From Pseudogymnoascus verrucosus (lineage: Eukaryota): a DNA stretch of 64,000 bases. The first letter of the stretch is position 1, and each line of letters opens with the position of its first letter. Shown one piece after another: positions 46,646-60,070 of this stretch. The position numbers and the translations under genes were made by a program. The notes beneath the pieces are model-generated. The model had not been told where the DNA came from, did no database searches, and was given only the letters and a program-made list of their open reading frames with translations. The stretch lies in NCBI GenBank assembly GCA_001662655.1, contig KV460206.1, one strand, 5' to 3'.

Positions 46646-48529
46646 TCACCTGTACGGCTCCTGTTCCCTCGTCCTGTTGGGAGAACCGCCCTTTGCTATC
46701 CGTCCAGTAACACGGTCGACCACCCTGTCAACGCGCTTGGCCACTGCAGTTCCGGCCCCTACCAACACGCGGCTAAACATGAATAGTGCAACGAATGACA
46801 GGACCATGACGACAGCAAACGTAACCCAGTACGTTTTGACTGTATACACGCCGTCCAGTTCCTTGATTTGCACCGAGAAATAGCTAGTCATGAGACTGAC
46901 GGGGAGAAATAGCACGCCTAGTTTCGAAAGCAGTGTCGCGCTCGAATTAAGCTTCGCTGTAGCCATCGAGTCCTTTTGGGTTGTGATGTTGAAGTACTAT
47001 TGCAAGTTAATACAGCGGAAGATGAAACAAACAGGGAAATCATGCTAGACTTACTGTATTTTGCAGTCCATCTATCTCGCCGATCGCCTCATCCACATAA
47101 TTAAGTACGAGAAATTTGATGTTGTCCCGCAAACGTTCGAAGCGATGGCGTGCAGTTTGAACCACCAAGACACGCTCGTCAATGCGACCATGTGAAGGTT
47201 CCTTTTCCTTGTCTTCTTCGTATTTTAGTATTCGAGAGATCAAATTTTCATAGCCACTAAATAAATGCTGATTTGACCGCAGTAGTTTTCCAACCTCATA
47301 GAGTTTTGGGATGATCTCTTTTGCGAGTGCATCAGGCTGATTTTCGCCCTATTAAAATTAGCTCTACCCAGAAATTGTACTCGGGCTAATGACATACTAG
47401 GCCGGCCATAATCTTCTGGCGCTGTTTGTGTCGTTAGTGAGGGAAGTTAAGTTTAGATTCGCAAACTTACCAGTTTCTCTATGTTCCCCTGAAGAACCAT
47501 CAACAGCGTATAGGTCGCCGTCCAATCGTCGAACAGATAATAGAATAAATTACTGGCACCTTCGACACCAGTGAGTTCCGAAGTGTCATTGGACTCCGCA
47601 GGTTGTCGCAGAGAGATGAGCTCAACGCCGTCAGCTGACCCAATTGCCGAAAGCTGACTTAAAACACTCAACGTGTTCTTGCGAACTGTTTCGATATATT
47701 TCGAGACCACCCCTTTGGGCGTTGGATTTTCATGGAACGAAATAACAGTGGCTGCTTTGGATCAGCGATAACTCGAAACAGAAGCATATAGAGAAGCAAA
47801 CCGTCATGACAGAGGACAAGCCAAGACCACAATCTCTCTGGTTCAATTATTCCGGAGTCGCTCTCTATAGGATGCATCCAATTGGCACCTATGCAGATAA
47901 CTTTGAAAAATGTTAGAGGGGTACATAGACATAACGATCTCCAGCACATAGACTGTACCCACATTTGTCTCCGATATCAATTGACTGGTAGCTTGAGAAA
48001 TTTGCCGCAATTTTGAAGAAATTTGTGGTTTTCGACTTCCCTACTTTCAAAGCGTTGAGGTGGATGGAGCGGGCAGGAGGCGCCTTTTCGATATCGGCGC
48101 TAGGGGAGTCGAGCTCGTTATCAGGCGTCCAGTTCTCCGCTGGGGCTTCTCTCGAACTCGGTGGAGGAGTGGTGAGTAGTAGGGCCACAAGCCTCTTGCT
48201 GAAGCCATACCGATCACCAATAACCTTTACAACATCAGGTTGCGAGTCCGGTGCCCAAATATTTCTGGGGATATCAGTGATTTGCCAGCGAACCGTGACG
48301 GCGTGGTTGACACTTACATCCACCGTGTTGGAGCTCCTTTGGTCCTGGGCGCAGCACCCTCTGTCATAAGTGTCTTGAAACCACTTGGCGGGACGTTGGA
48401 AGCAATCCTAGACATGCGTGACCCGAAGTCTACAACAAAATTCTTCGCATCTCCTTTCGCGGCGCACTCACGCGCGTCCCTGTAGACACGAGCGTCGTCG
48501 TAATCACCGAACAAATCGAAAGTTGACAT
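46646..48529 (-). CDS. CorA-like (two C-terminal TM) fungal protein; exons 48529-48318, 48264-47963, 47900-47802, 47751-47471, 47421-47398, 47348-47055, 46996-46646
   Basis: Six canonical introns give a continuous frame (RWINIWAP, FICIGANWMH, RLWSWLVLCHDATVISFHE, ASNLFYYLFDDW). C-terminal LSKLGVLFLPVSLMTSYFSVQI plus a second TM. The 3' end may be further spliced. Confidence 0.8.
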
Positions 48530-49089
48530 ATCTTTTGTATGGAGTCTCGCTCCCAGTGCTAGAAATTATGAAAATTAAAGTCGTGAGGTCGTTCTGGCAT
48601 GATGAATTATAAATATATAAGAGAAGGCGCTGGGGGGGGGTGAAGGGGGCGGTTGGACACAAGGCTGCGGCTCCCAGCTCCTTCATCGTCAGGAAGCGCC
48701 TGGATGGATAAGACAGGGGTTGTTGTGGGCAATGGCGGTGGTACGGGCGTGGTACGGGTGGGTAGAGTGACCAACGCCAGGCTCAGCTCAGGCGGACGGG
48801 GCGCTTGATCACTCGCTTGATCACTCGACGCGCTCCCGCACGTCACGGCCCTGGTTACCTTGCAAGGGACCCCTGCACACCGTGTTTTCCATATATCACG
48901 TGCAGACATGTGCTCAACCAACCTATCAGCTTAGTCACCCCGTTCCTGTTATCTTATCTGTGATCCATCTGTACGTCACTAATGAATGCCCTTTGAAGCT
49001 CTGAGCTGAGCTTGGAGTCCAACGAAGCTCCCCTCACACGCGCATGTAACGCTCATTGAACTGCCGACGCGCAATGGTATATACTCTCA

Positions 49090-50446
49090 ATGGTAAGGCG
49101 TGACATCTAACAGTCGGGAGATTGATGCCTTGGCTGAAAATGCCCAATAATCTATCTAACACTTCATAGGACTTAATATTGAGACCCATCAGACTCGCGT
49201 CGTCCAGATCCGCGAGGAAAGCCTATCTTAACACGGCACTGTTTCTAGCAACCTCTGCTACGCTATTTGGCCTGGCCGTCGTCGCTTATGTCCTATTCTA
49301 TGCGAATTATATTCCAAAGATTGGAATTGAGCGGGAGGTCCATCTTCAATATGGGTATGTGCCAGCTCCACCTGGCTCCCCAAACACACTTCAGGACTGA
49401 TATAGCGGTCTAGGGGCGATGCATCCAGCCCTTATGGGCTTGTATCTCTAGATAATTCTGTTATGCCACAACAGGCGTACGATATACTGGTCGAAATTGA
49501 TCTCCCAACATCACCAGCAAACAGCGAGCTTGGGAATTTCATGGTGGACATGGTAATGTTGTCGTCTGAATACAAGGACTCAAGCCGACCTGGGACATCG
49601 ACAAGCCGGCCATCTGATCTCCATAGCTGGATACCAGCTGGGTCTATCTTATTCTCATCTCGACGCCCTGCCATTCTCACGTTCCGATCTGATGTCGTGA
49701 GCCTCGGTAAACAACTCGCTGGCCTTCCACTATATATCCTGGGCTTGCATCGTGAGTCCGAAAGGCTGCGGATTCCGATGGCCGAAGGGATCGTCTTTGA
49801 AAAGGGGCATAAGAATGCACCGAGGAAGGTGTACCTTGATATACAGTGTCGCCATCAGCAGGCCCTTCAAGTTTACAGCATGCGTCTGCTACTGCGGGCA
49901 AAGTTCTCGGGCCTTAGGTGGCTTATGTACAACCATCGGATCTTCTCTTTTGTGGTATTCACAACCGCATTCTGGGCTGCAGAAGTCTTTTTTGCTCTAG
50001 TGGCCTGGATTCTATTGCAATCAACATTCAATGCCACCGAGGATCAAACTTCAGTCGTGGAACAAAAACTGCAGGGTGGCAGCTCAAAAGTCAAGACTGA
50101 GCCCTTCGACGATGATATTCTAGATACGGATGACTCAGATGTATATGATGGGCCACGAAGGTATTCGAAATATGACAGATGGGCACCTGTGCGACACGAA
50201 CCACAGATAAAGAAGGAAGATGACGAGAAGAAAACCCTATTTTCAGTCGACGCTCGCGTTTATCCTAAAACAGAGGAGGCTGATGATGAGTCTGATGAGC
50301 CAACCTATACGAGTGGCATGTTCAAGGAGGGAAGGTCAGCTTCTAGGGTTGAGACAAGCTTCAGCGAAAGCAAGGGTGGGGCTGCGGCCACAGCAGCTCA
50401 GAGAAGGAGGTCCAGAACCGCAAGGGAACCTAGTCCAGAATATTGA
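49090..50446 (+). CDS. Seipin (lipid-droplet biogenesis; Sei1/Fld1/BSCL2 family); exons 49090-49092, 49170-49354, 49414-50446
   Basis: TM1 ends at FYANYIP. Motifs VHLQYG, QAYDILVEIDLPTSPANSELGNFMV and FSGLRWLMYNHRIFSFVVFT (TM2). The first coding exon is inferred to be the ATG only. Confidence 0.9.
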
Positions 50447-50603
50447 TGTCAGAGTTGATTGTGGCGAGGCTGGCGTTGATTCATTATACCCCAACTATTC
50501 CAATAATATTTTGTACAATTAGCATAACCAATGAAATTAATAGCGGACAAACATACTGTGCCAGGTGCGAAATTATCGAACAGTTTTATACATTCTACAG
50601 ACC

Positions 50604-52217
50604 CTATCCTTTACGCCGCAAACCAAGTATATCTGAAAGCTTCACTTCTCCTTTGCCACCCCATCCCGCAGCGCCACTCTCTACCTCTGGCCTGACTTGA
50701 ACATACCACGACCATGCTCTCGTATCTAGCTCGTCAGCGCCAATATGCTCGACCCATGAACCAAACAGAAGTTCCAACGCCCCAAATAGAAGTCCTAGGT
50801 TTCGCTCTTTCTCTCTCTCCAAGGCAACTCCGGTTTTTTTCTTGGTGGTTGAATCCCCAGATGGTGCAAAGGCTTTCATGATATATGACCTAGCGCCGTC
50901 AGGCTGATGAATCGGCAAACCAGCGCCTATGCTTCCTCCAGAAGAATTTGTAGACCTCATAGCCTCAAGGTCTAAGCCCCATAGCGCTTCGTTTCCAATG
51001 GTTCCTGCGACACGAAGACGCTGCGACAGTGCGTCATGACACACTTGTGTCATCAGCTTCCATCGATCAGTTCCAAGCATAATCCCACCATACCATCGCG
51101 TAACTACCACTAGAATACCAACGAGATCCATAGATTGCAAGATCCCAAGGATGTGACGGCCTCCGCCGCTCTCACCATCGTCATGACTTTCTTCTATGAT
51201 ACCGCCATGGTCGCCTTGTACGCGCCATGCCGTGATGTTATGACTCGCATCTCGCAGCTCGGGGTTGCCCGATATGAGTTCCTGCTTCAGAGACCTAGCG
51301 TCGGAAGGCGACTTTATCCCAATAGCTCGGGCACTAAAGGTTGACTTTTTGAGAGTAACGCTTTGGGATACAGCCCAGCGTGAACCATCCATAGTGGCAT
51401 TATCTCTTTCATCAGGGGCGGCATTTGTGGAATCAGGGCCTTCACCAGACCCTGGGATCTCTACCCCACTGTTTGCTGCCGAGCTCTCTTGATTGCTGTT
51501 ACTTCCACCGGAATCTCCTACATAGTACCCATCCCGTTTCAAAACGTGTACTTCCCGTCCCATAACCCTCACTTTGGGCTGTCCCTGTCCCCATCCATCA
51601 TCTTCAGCGCTAGTACCTTTCGTAATTCCAATGCTGACTGCCTTACTCCTCGAGTTGGCGCTGACAACCGCTTGTGCGAGGCTCAGTCTGCTTGATAGTG
51701 GTTGCTCTGGTTTGGTAAACTTCAACAGCGCGACTGCGAACGCTAGAACCAGTGGCGCACGGTTGGTCACTATGGTCGTTTTGCTGATCTCCTCTTCATC
51801 AGATGAAGGAGCGGGAAGCTCGAGCTTTGCCTCGAGCTCTTCTGGAGTTTGCGGCTCATGATCGAGCTCATATGCGGATTTATTGCGCTTTGCTTGGGTA
51901 GAGAGGAGGCCCTCGGGCGCCGCACGTTTCTTGGACGGATCTTTGATGCTATTTTTAGCCGCTGTATGTAACTGCTTCGCTGCTTTATCGTCACCGATGG
52001 CCTCTGTCACCTGTGCGAGATCACATTTCGCAATATCGGCAATGCTAGGACAAAGTTAGTAAATAGCCAGTGTTTATGTGCATCACATGGCTCAGTACCT
52101 CCGGATATTGGCGGCTTGCAAGGACTTGACGCGTCCCATGGCAGCCATCATAGGCACCTTATTGCGACCGGTGGTCATAAGCCGTAGTAGGTCCCGAAGA
52201 TCTTCTTGAGACGCCAT
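50604..52217 (-). CDS. IMPACT/UPF0029 (YigZ-like) domain protein without RWD; exons 52217-52099, 52044-50604
   Basis: Motifs KKSTFSARA, DASHNITAWR, HDDGESGGGRHIL and VVVTRWYGGIMLGTDRW. The intron splices in frame. Confidence 0.88.
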
Positions 52218-52634
52218 AACAGGAGATGCTTGGATTGTACAAGTGTAAACTACGTATAATCCTCCCGTTTGAAGTTCTTTGAAGTTCCAACGATCACCAG
52301 TCCAGCTGACCTGACTGATAAGATAACACACGTACTGAGCACTCTTCTGCCTTGTCTGAACTATAAGATGGTATGCTTATACTATTACCACTGAAGTGCC
52401 TCGTACTGTACAGTTCGGACTTGGAGTAGTTGCTGTTAATTATATTTATCACAGTATCATCACAATGACCAACAAACCCAGCCCACTACAAGATCTGGGT
52501 CAGGTATATCACGTGCAACATTTATCAGCCTTCTTTCATCACCACGTAAAAGACTTTTAACTATTATTCCGTACATCTAGGACCTGCAAACATATTCCGT
52601 GCCACATCGCTATAGAAGTCCATTTTCCGTCTCA

Positions 52635-55600
52635 TTATTCCGCTGCAATCCTCGCCAACAGGTCATTCACCCACGGCGGAAGGCGGTACTTGAGAAATCC
52701 GGCGTACATTGTTAAATCCTTTGCTTTCCGCTTCAAGTCCTCAATCATGTGGCGCCGAGTGCCATCATTGCTGTTATATTGAGAGTTTGCAAGTCGGGAC
52801 CGCTGTTCCTCACAGCTGCGGCCAGTCCACATAATGAGATTCGGAATGTTTCTCGTGATGGTTTCTGGGAACGCCGCGTACTTGCCCGCAAACTGGCGGA
52901 TGATATTCGAATCTCCATGTGCCTCAAGGGGGAGTATCTGGAGACTCGCAATAATCTATATTGTCAGTATCGATCTGTACATTTAATACTGGGTTGACAA
53001 CTTACATCGAGAGCGCCTGTCCAATTCTGCGCCTCCACTTTACTCTTCGCTTCATTCATTCTCAGAAGAACGCGACACGTTTCTTTGTTGATCGGGGTGA
53101 TCTTCTCATGGTACATCGGCTTGCCATTGTAGATGGCTGTGATAGTCTGCGCAAGTTTAACAGGATCTTCCACGGATGTTAGACTTAGGCTGCCACGTTG
53201 ACCCGGGATGCCCTGATCTGGACCAGGTCGGAACGATGGTAGAGACGATTTTTCTTCGCCAATTTCGACAGCCACAGCCTCACTTAGGGCTCTGTTGGTG
53301 ATGGTAATAACATTGTCGTACTCTCCGGCCAGATCATACAACAAAACAGCATCTGTAACTCTTCCACTATCATCTGCAATGCTAGCGGCTTGCATGATGA
53401 CGGTACGCATAAAATCATCAGTATCGACCAAGTGAAGAAGCTTCATTCGCTCTTCAATAGCACCCGTAATTCGTTGGCCGTCCAATCGCATATCTCCTAA
53501 TAATTTGGCAAACTCTCGACTCTCCAAGACAAGGCCGCGGAGGCTTTCATGGCACGCTAATACTTGTTGGCTCCCGATGCCACCTGGTAGATCGCCATTT
53601 AGGCAGATCAGTGTGAGGTAATCGACAGCTGCCGTAACATTTGCTGCACGGAAATCTCTCGTGTACCACCCGATCATTTGAGCGAAGTTAATTTGCGGCC
53701 GGTCAGTGACGCTGGTTGTAAGTAATCGGCCTTCCGATGCGATAGGATCCGAGACATTAAGCAAGCCATAGTAACCCAGACCTATTGCGAAGTGTAGAGC
53801 GGCTGCGTAATCCATCTCGTACAGGGATTGAATGGCGTACTCGAAACGGCCACAGATAATCTGAAGATAAAAGTAAACTCCGGAGGATGCCTTCTGTTCA
53901 ACTGGGCCCTTGGCAGCAAGAAGGTCCCCGAGATCCTTTACCGACTTTTGAACATTCGTAAGAGTGAATACATCGCCGGCATGCTCCTCTGCAAGGTTGA
54001 CCTCCCTTGCAACCACGAAGTGCAGCCAGGCCCAGTCCATTAGATCCTGATGGAGACCCGCAAATGTCATTTCTGTGAGTCCACATCTTCCGATGACCTT
54101 GTAGCATGACATGCGGAACGGATCAACCGAATTCTCGGGGGCAATCCGAAATCTCTGGCCGTATTCATTGTTGATTCGGTTGTGCATATCAGGTGGAAGG
54201 CGTCTGTCTGCGTTGCCGTTGTACTCGGAGATGTAATGTGGAAAGTAGCGGTCGATTGCACGGAAAGCGTTTTTATTCGCATGTACATAGTCTGCGGCTT
54301 CTTGGACGTGACCAGTGCGTAACAAATAGAAGATAATTGCCCACACTGCCTCGCCATCCAAAGTCTGTAGGCCAGTGCTATCTGGAGCAAGGTCTTTGCG
54401 TGATGCTCGTAGTCGGACGTACGCCTTCACTTTGCTCAGGACATTTGGAATACCGCCAAGATTGGCTTCCCTGGGGTTCTTAGCAAGCAAAACTTCCATT
54501 GTTTGAAAGCACTGCTTCTCCAGGTGACGAGCAGTTCCTCTCAATATCCTCTTCCTTAGGTCAATTGCGGCCACAGAATTTGGGGCCTCATCGGTCCAAG
54601 CACTGGCAAACTGGCGCTCCTTTACCACATTAGGCTCAGAAAAACTTCGTAGATCCGGATGCTCTCCGACAATCTCGACGACTGCTTTATAGGCATTCAG
54701 AACCTGCTCGGTATGGTCGCCGGGGTTTTGAGCTTCTACTGCTCCGAATTCGTGCAGTAGTGGGTAGGCACTCTTGTGCAACCTTGATTCGTTAAGATGG
54801 TTGATCTTCTCAGCAAACTTGATTTCTTTCTCTCTCAGCAGACGACCCGACGGCATTGAAGAAGTTGTATATGCTGGGGCCTTGCCATCCGAATCTGTGG
54901 CCAGTGACTTCTGTAATGAACCGACAGGGCCGACAGTACCAATGACTGATCTTTGCATAGACTGTCTCTGATAAGCACTACCGCTCAAACTGTCAAAGTT
55001 TCGGTTTTCTTCGGAGCGTGTGCTTTTGTTTCGCCGAGAACGCCCAAACCCACCACTGCCATTTGTAGTCGATTCTCCGTTCTTCGTCGCTCGTTCCTCT
55101 GCTCTTGATTTGATTCCAAAGTGTTGGTAAATGCGATTCCTTTGCGAGTCCCACTCCATTGACGCATTTTCCTCCAGGAACCTATCAAAGTCGCGTGCGG
55201 ATCTAGAAAGCCCTTCAGCTATCATGCTCAAAGTTGTTTGGGTCTGGAGTTTCGTAATATAACTGTCCACGTCCGTATCAGCGTCAGCTGGTTGAGAGGC
55301 CCAGTCCTGACGCTTTGCCTGAGAGTCGAATTGGCTTAGATCTCGAACGGCTGAGCCAGGCTCCACACCCGATGCGGCCAGAAGATAATGAGCCCTCCCA
55401 TCGGCCCCGTTTGTCATAGATGGCGGAGCAAGCCTCTTGATGCGATCTCTCAAATCGCCGAGCCCAAGCTGTAAGCTTGGGAGTTCTTCAAGGCTGTTAT
55501 CGCCATGTGTTCTCTTGCGACTCTTCTGTAATAGGGTGTCGAAATAAGCTCCGGTTTGTTGGTTTGGGCCTTGGGATTGCCGTCCACTATCGGTTGGCTG

Positions 55601-55867
55601 CTGGGTATTCAAAGCTCCATTGGTATTTTGCTGGCCGCCGGTATTTAATGTGGAACCAAACAAAGACTGTGTTGCTTGTGGCTGTGACTGGCCCGCGGTT
55701 GTAGATCCAAACAGAGATGATGTAGGTTGTTGCGCTTGCTGGGGGTTGCCAAAGGGGCTTGAGGCAGGTTGAGCTGGTTTGGGCGCATTAAGTCCGCTGA
55801 AGAAATTGGTTCCTTGCGAAGGAGCAGGCTGGTTCGCTGAACTCGCAGTTTGACCGAATAAAGACAT
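52635..55867 (-). CDS. NIC96: Nucleoporin Nic96/Nup93; exons 55867-53006, 52955-52635
   Basis: FG-like N-terminus (SLFG). Motifs LPSLQLGLGDL, AHYLLAASG, WAIIFYLLRTG, DPFRM..YKVIGRC and YAGFLKYRLPP. Confidence 0.94.
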
Positions 55868-56379
55868 GTTCACTACGGCTACTCTTGAGAGCTGTAGCCC
55901 TCGGGACAGATGCGCAGGATGTTTGTGAAGTTCAGGTGAGGGAAGTGCGTTTCGTTTGCTCTAAAGCTTTTCTCGTCGTTAACTTTGTTTATACAGTCGC
56001 GCCGCTCAATAAGTTATGCCCCAGGCACCAAATTCCAGCCTGGGAGAGAGCCAGGGTTCTTCTATCCTTTATGCCTATAGATCCACTCCTAGACTTCAAA
56101 ATGACGGCGGGTTATAAACTACGATATCATCTGAAGATGTTTGATTTCTATATTGTATTAAATATAGTGCTGCGCACAATGAATTCAATTGAGGTTTCTG
56201 GCGACCAACTCTCATAGCCTGTAGTGTAATTAAGCTTAAGTGTAGCTTATCCGATTAGGCCTCTAATGGGTCCATCAGGTTCCCTCGAGAACCCCCTCTC
56301 ATAACACCTGCTCTACTCGTAGCTTCCAACGTATCGCCGACGCACTCCCTCAATCCAGTCAATCCTTTTGGCATCAACC

Positions 56380-57020
56380 ATGAGGCTCTCCGCCCTCCTG
56401 GTGCTTTGTACGTCTGCGATTGTCGCTCATGGTCAAAGCGATACCGATCATCCATCTTCGACAGTTGTGTCCATTCAACCCATCGAAGCCTCCACATCCT
56501 CAATCGACTCCCTTGCGCAGATACAATACGACCCGACCACCCTCGAAGCTGTGATTGCCTCATACGATGCTCCCGATGTAGCACCAGGTGCTGGTCTGGC
56601 TCGAGTGGGAATTTACGACAAGGCCGCGAACGCATGGGCGTCCTCGACTTCTATTTTGTCTCTGGAAAACTTCACAAAGGGATATGCGCCGGTCATAACG
56701 CTTTCTCTTGGTCCAGACGGCAACGTTATTGGGGTTAGCTGCAAGAGCGAAAAGATAGATGCAGGGCATACGAGGGATTTTGGTCCAAAGGTGACGGTTA
56801 GGAGGACGGCTGGTGGGAAAAAGCCAAATCTCAACAGGCCGATTGCACTATCGAAGGAGGGCAAGGTTGAGGAAGAAGAACCCGAGAAGACATTCCTTCA
56901 AAAGTAAGTTTGTTCGACCAGTTGTCGTAAAGCCACTTCGCTAATATTTTTGCCAGATACTGGATGTTCGGGATGGGTATCCTCCTGGTACTTGTGTTGA
57001 GCGGCGGGGGAGATAAATAG
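56380..57020 (+). CDS. EMC10: ER membrane protein complex subunit 10-like; exons 56380-56903, 56957-57020
   Basis: Signal peptide MRLSALLVLCTSAIVAHG, then P-x-LNRP...EPEKTFLQK|YWMFGMGILLVLVLSGGGDK C-terminal TM. Confidence 0.8.
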
Positions 57021-57336
57021 GCACATTAGACGCTGGATTGAGAGAGTTTTATAAGCGATATTCAATGTGATTCCTGCTCTCGAAAATAATAACCCGAGTT
57101 TAAGTAGAGCAACATTTGCTGCCTGTGGGTGAAATGCTCGAATCAGTACGCGAAGTTATTGATGTATTTAACAACTAATTAGACTACTCTTAGACATCAC
57201 AATAGCATCTTCAGGGGACAAATAATTCTAGAATTTCTGGTGCATGAGCATAACAGCTTCATCGCCCAGCTTTAGGAACGTTGTAAGAACTTCTCCTATG
57301 CTCACTACTTAACAACTTAGTTTACACCTCACCGTG

Positions 57337-59841
57337 CTATCTCACAAGCTCCGAATGGACGCCATTGTCAACAATTTGAGAACTCGAGGCAGTACCATTG
57401 ATTACTTGCCCATTCTGACCGAGTCTCTCCAGTGCGGCGTGATACTAGAAACTGTTAGCATGTTGTATCAACCTAACTAGGGATCACGGCTTCAACCGTA
57501 CTCCCGCTCCTTTCGTGAGAAGTCCATACCTTAAAGCCAAAGTTCAACAACAGAGCAACCAGCAAGGCAAAGCTGACAACCAACGGGCCTACAAAATTGT
57601 CGAAGTCCTTTCCACTCCGCGCGATGATCATGTTGCGTCGGACGAAATGGATGTAGTAACCCCAAAATCCAGCAAAGGCTGCGATAATGATGTAGGCAAT
57701 ACCCATGTACTCTGCAAGCTTATTTTCGCCCGCAGCTGAATAGAGGCTTACAGCGAGAGCACCCAGTAATATACAAATGTGCTGCCATTTCAAGAACGTC
57801 CGTTCGTTTGCGAGCCACACCTTTGGCTCCACTTGTAATGGGCCTGAATCTTTGATTAGGACTCCGGGTTTGGTGACTCCGGGGGGCAGGGCCGCTTTAT
57901 GCTGCCTGCGCGATTGTGCATATCTTGAGAGCGAGAAAGAAGGGAATACAGATGATGTGGTACCATATCCACCACTGATAGTCCCAATGTCTTGGTCTCC
58001 ACTCTCATTATCCTGGGCTCTCCCCTTTCCTTTCCCCTTGCTGGCGGCATCGGCCATGGCCCGAGATTTTGTAGCTGCCTCTAAAGCGAGTCTGTCCGTC
58101 ATATATGATTTGCCCAAGGGTGATCCTACGGCCGCCTTATAACTATCTTTTCGGTTGCTGGCCGAGGCCATGTAGCTTCCCACAAGTAGTTCACCTTCAG
58201 CCTTTTGCGCCTTCGCCAGCTCTTCTTCTGCAAAGGCGTCATGCGGATCCTTTCGAATATCCGTCTCCACGTCACTTAGCCAGAAAGGAAGGCTGTTCAC
58301 ATAATCCTCGAACAAGGATGCAACGCCATGCACGAACTTCGAGAAGCGTGGTGCCTTGTGCACGAGATGCGAAGCCATCAAGTCCTCGACCCATTGGGGG
58401 GATTTTTTCCCGGAATTTTCCTTGACCTTTATTTCGAGAACAGCGTATGGAAATCTAGATATTTCACCCTGGTTGACGTTTGGAAACGGGAATTCCATCT
58501 GTGTGTTATCAATATCGGTTCGATGCCAGCTGTCTGGGTTTCGGCACGGTCGATCAGGGTCTAGAGAATCCTCCCGAATGAAAGCTAATTCGGTATCAAT
58601 GGAAATCCTCACCCGATCATCCAATGGTTTTTGAAACGCCGTACGAGTGTAATTGGCTCTCACTACCGGATGGAGGTTTCGCTCTTTGATAAATTCTTGG
58701 ATCTCGTTCACGGATCGCTGATAATCGGCTACCTTCTCTTCTGGTTGGCCTTGTCTTTCAAGCTTCTCCACATGCTTCCCCATCTTATATTCGCCAGTGA
58801 TGAAAGGCTGGACATATTTCTCCTTGATCGGGAAGCGCTTTTCCTCACTATTCCCATCATTGTAGATCGTCTTCTGTTCAAGTAACAGCTCTGGCTTGTC
58901 GGTCAATTTGCCATACCAACGAACCCTGAGCGAAGAGGCATCAACGGTTCCGTCTACCTTCTGTGAATATAAACCGAACTGGGAGTTGTCGAAATATAAA
59001 GATGTGATAGTGGGGTCCCCCTGGGAGGCATCGGCCTGGTTTGCGGACTGCTCACTGTATACAAGCACAGGTAGGCGGCGTAGGATGTATGTTTTGACCT
59101 CCAAAAGATTATCAGGGTGGACCCAAACTTTGAAAATGTGTTAGTATTTCGGATTCAAATTCAAATGGCTTCGGGAAACTTACATTTGTATGCCATATAC
59201 TTCTCGCGGTTCTGGGGATGTGGTTGCGGTGGCATGTCTGCAGTCGACGCGGTTGTTTTGTCCCCAATATTAGGCAGTCCTTTATCCGCCCTGTCCTCAA
59301 GGTTTTGCCGAACAATAAAATACATTACCGACAATTTGTTGATCATGGGAGTGTATGCTTGCTCTGAGTTGAAAGGCCTCTTTGATAGGTTGATTTGCAG
59401 CATTGGGCGGACTTTATATTTGTTCCCTCTTTTCCGGTCGTGTTTTTTAACAATCTTTAAGAACCCAGTGTAGTTCAAAGCGCTGTACTTTTTGAGTTGG
59501 TTGGCCTCATTGGTAATGCTATCTAGTTCATTTTTGATCTCCTTGAACTTGGCAATGTCGGCGGTATCGGCACCCTGGGGTGCCAAATCTTTCAGTCGCT
59601 CACTGACATCATTGGCACGCTCCTCGAGCTTTTGGAATGTCGACTCCTGGAAGGCAGCAACCTTTCCGAGCTGCGTATTGAGTATTTCCTCGCAAAAGCG
59701 AGACTCATCGTCCTCCGTCCACGGCTTGTTGTCTCCTCCAGTGCCATCCTCTCTCAAGAGCCGCTTCAACTTTGCATAGTCAAGGTACTGTTCTTTCCAC
59801 GGCTCGTGAACAGAGTTCGCCAATGTCTGTCCAAACCGCAT
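57337..59841 (-). CDS. Vacuolar transporter chaperone (polyphosphate polymerase complex) subunit Vtc2/Vtc3-like, SPX-VTC-DUF202; exons 59841-59184, 59127-57530, 57444-57337
   Basis: SPX motifs MRFGQTL..YLDYAKLK and LNYTGFLKIVKKHD. YK|FWVHPDNLLEVKTYILRRLPVL is the Vtc2/3-type motif. Also RTAFQ, FPYAVLEIK and VEPKVWLANERTF. Confidence 0.93.
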
Positions 59842-59915
59842 CTTGATGTCGAGCCTTTGAAAAGAGAGCCTTTCTTGTGGCTCTTATTCCTATGTGACAG
59901 GTTTTATGTGCGGGA

Positions 59916-60070
59916 CACGTTCGGATGTCGTCAATTGAGGCTTGTGTCGATTTACGGTAACCAAGTATTATAGCTATCGCGATAAGAGCTGCGTCTGGGC
60001 ATAGTTTTAGCCGCCACCACGTTGTTCATTGGCCCGGAACGTCACTTGGCAAGCTCCATTGGAGCACGTG
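59916..60070. promoter_or_regulatory. Candidate Pho4/NUC-1-type sites upstream of the VTC gene
   Basis: CACGTT at 59916-59921 and 60018-60023, and CACGTG at 60065-60070, all within 230 bp of the ATG. VTC genes are established PHO-regulon members in yeast. Confidence 0.5.
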
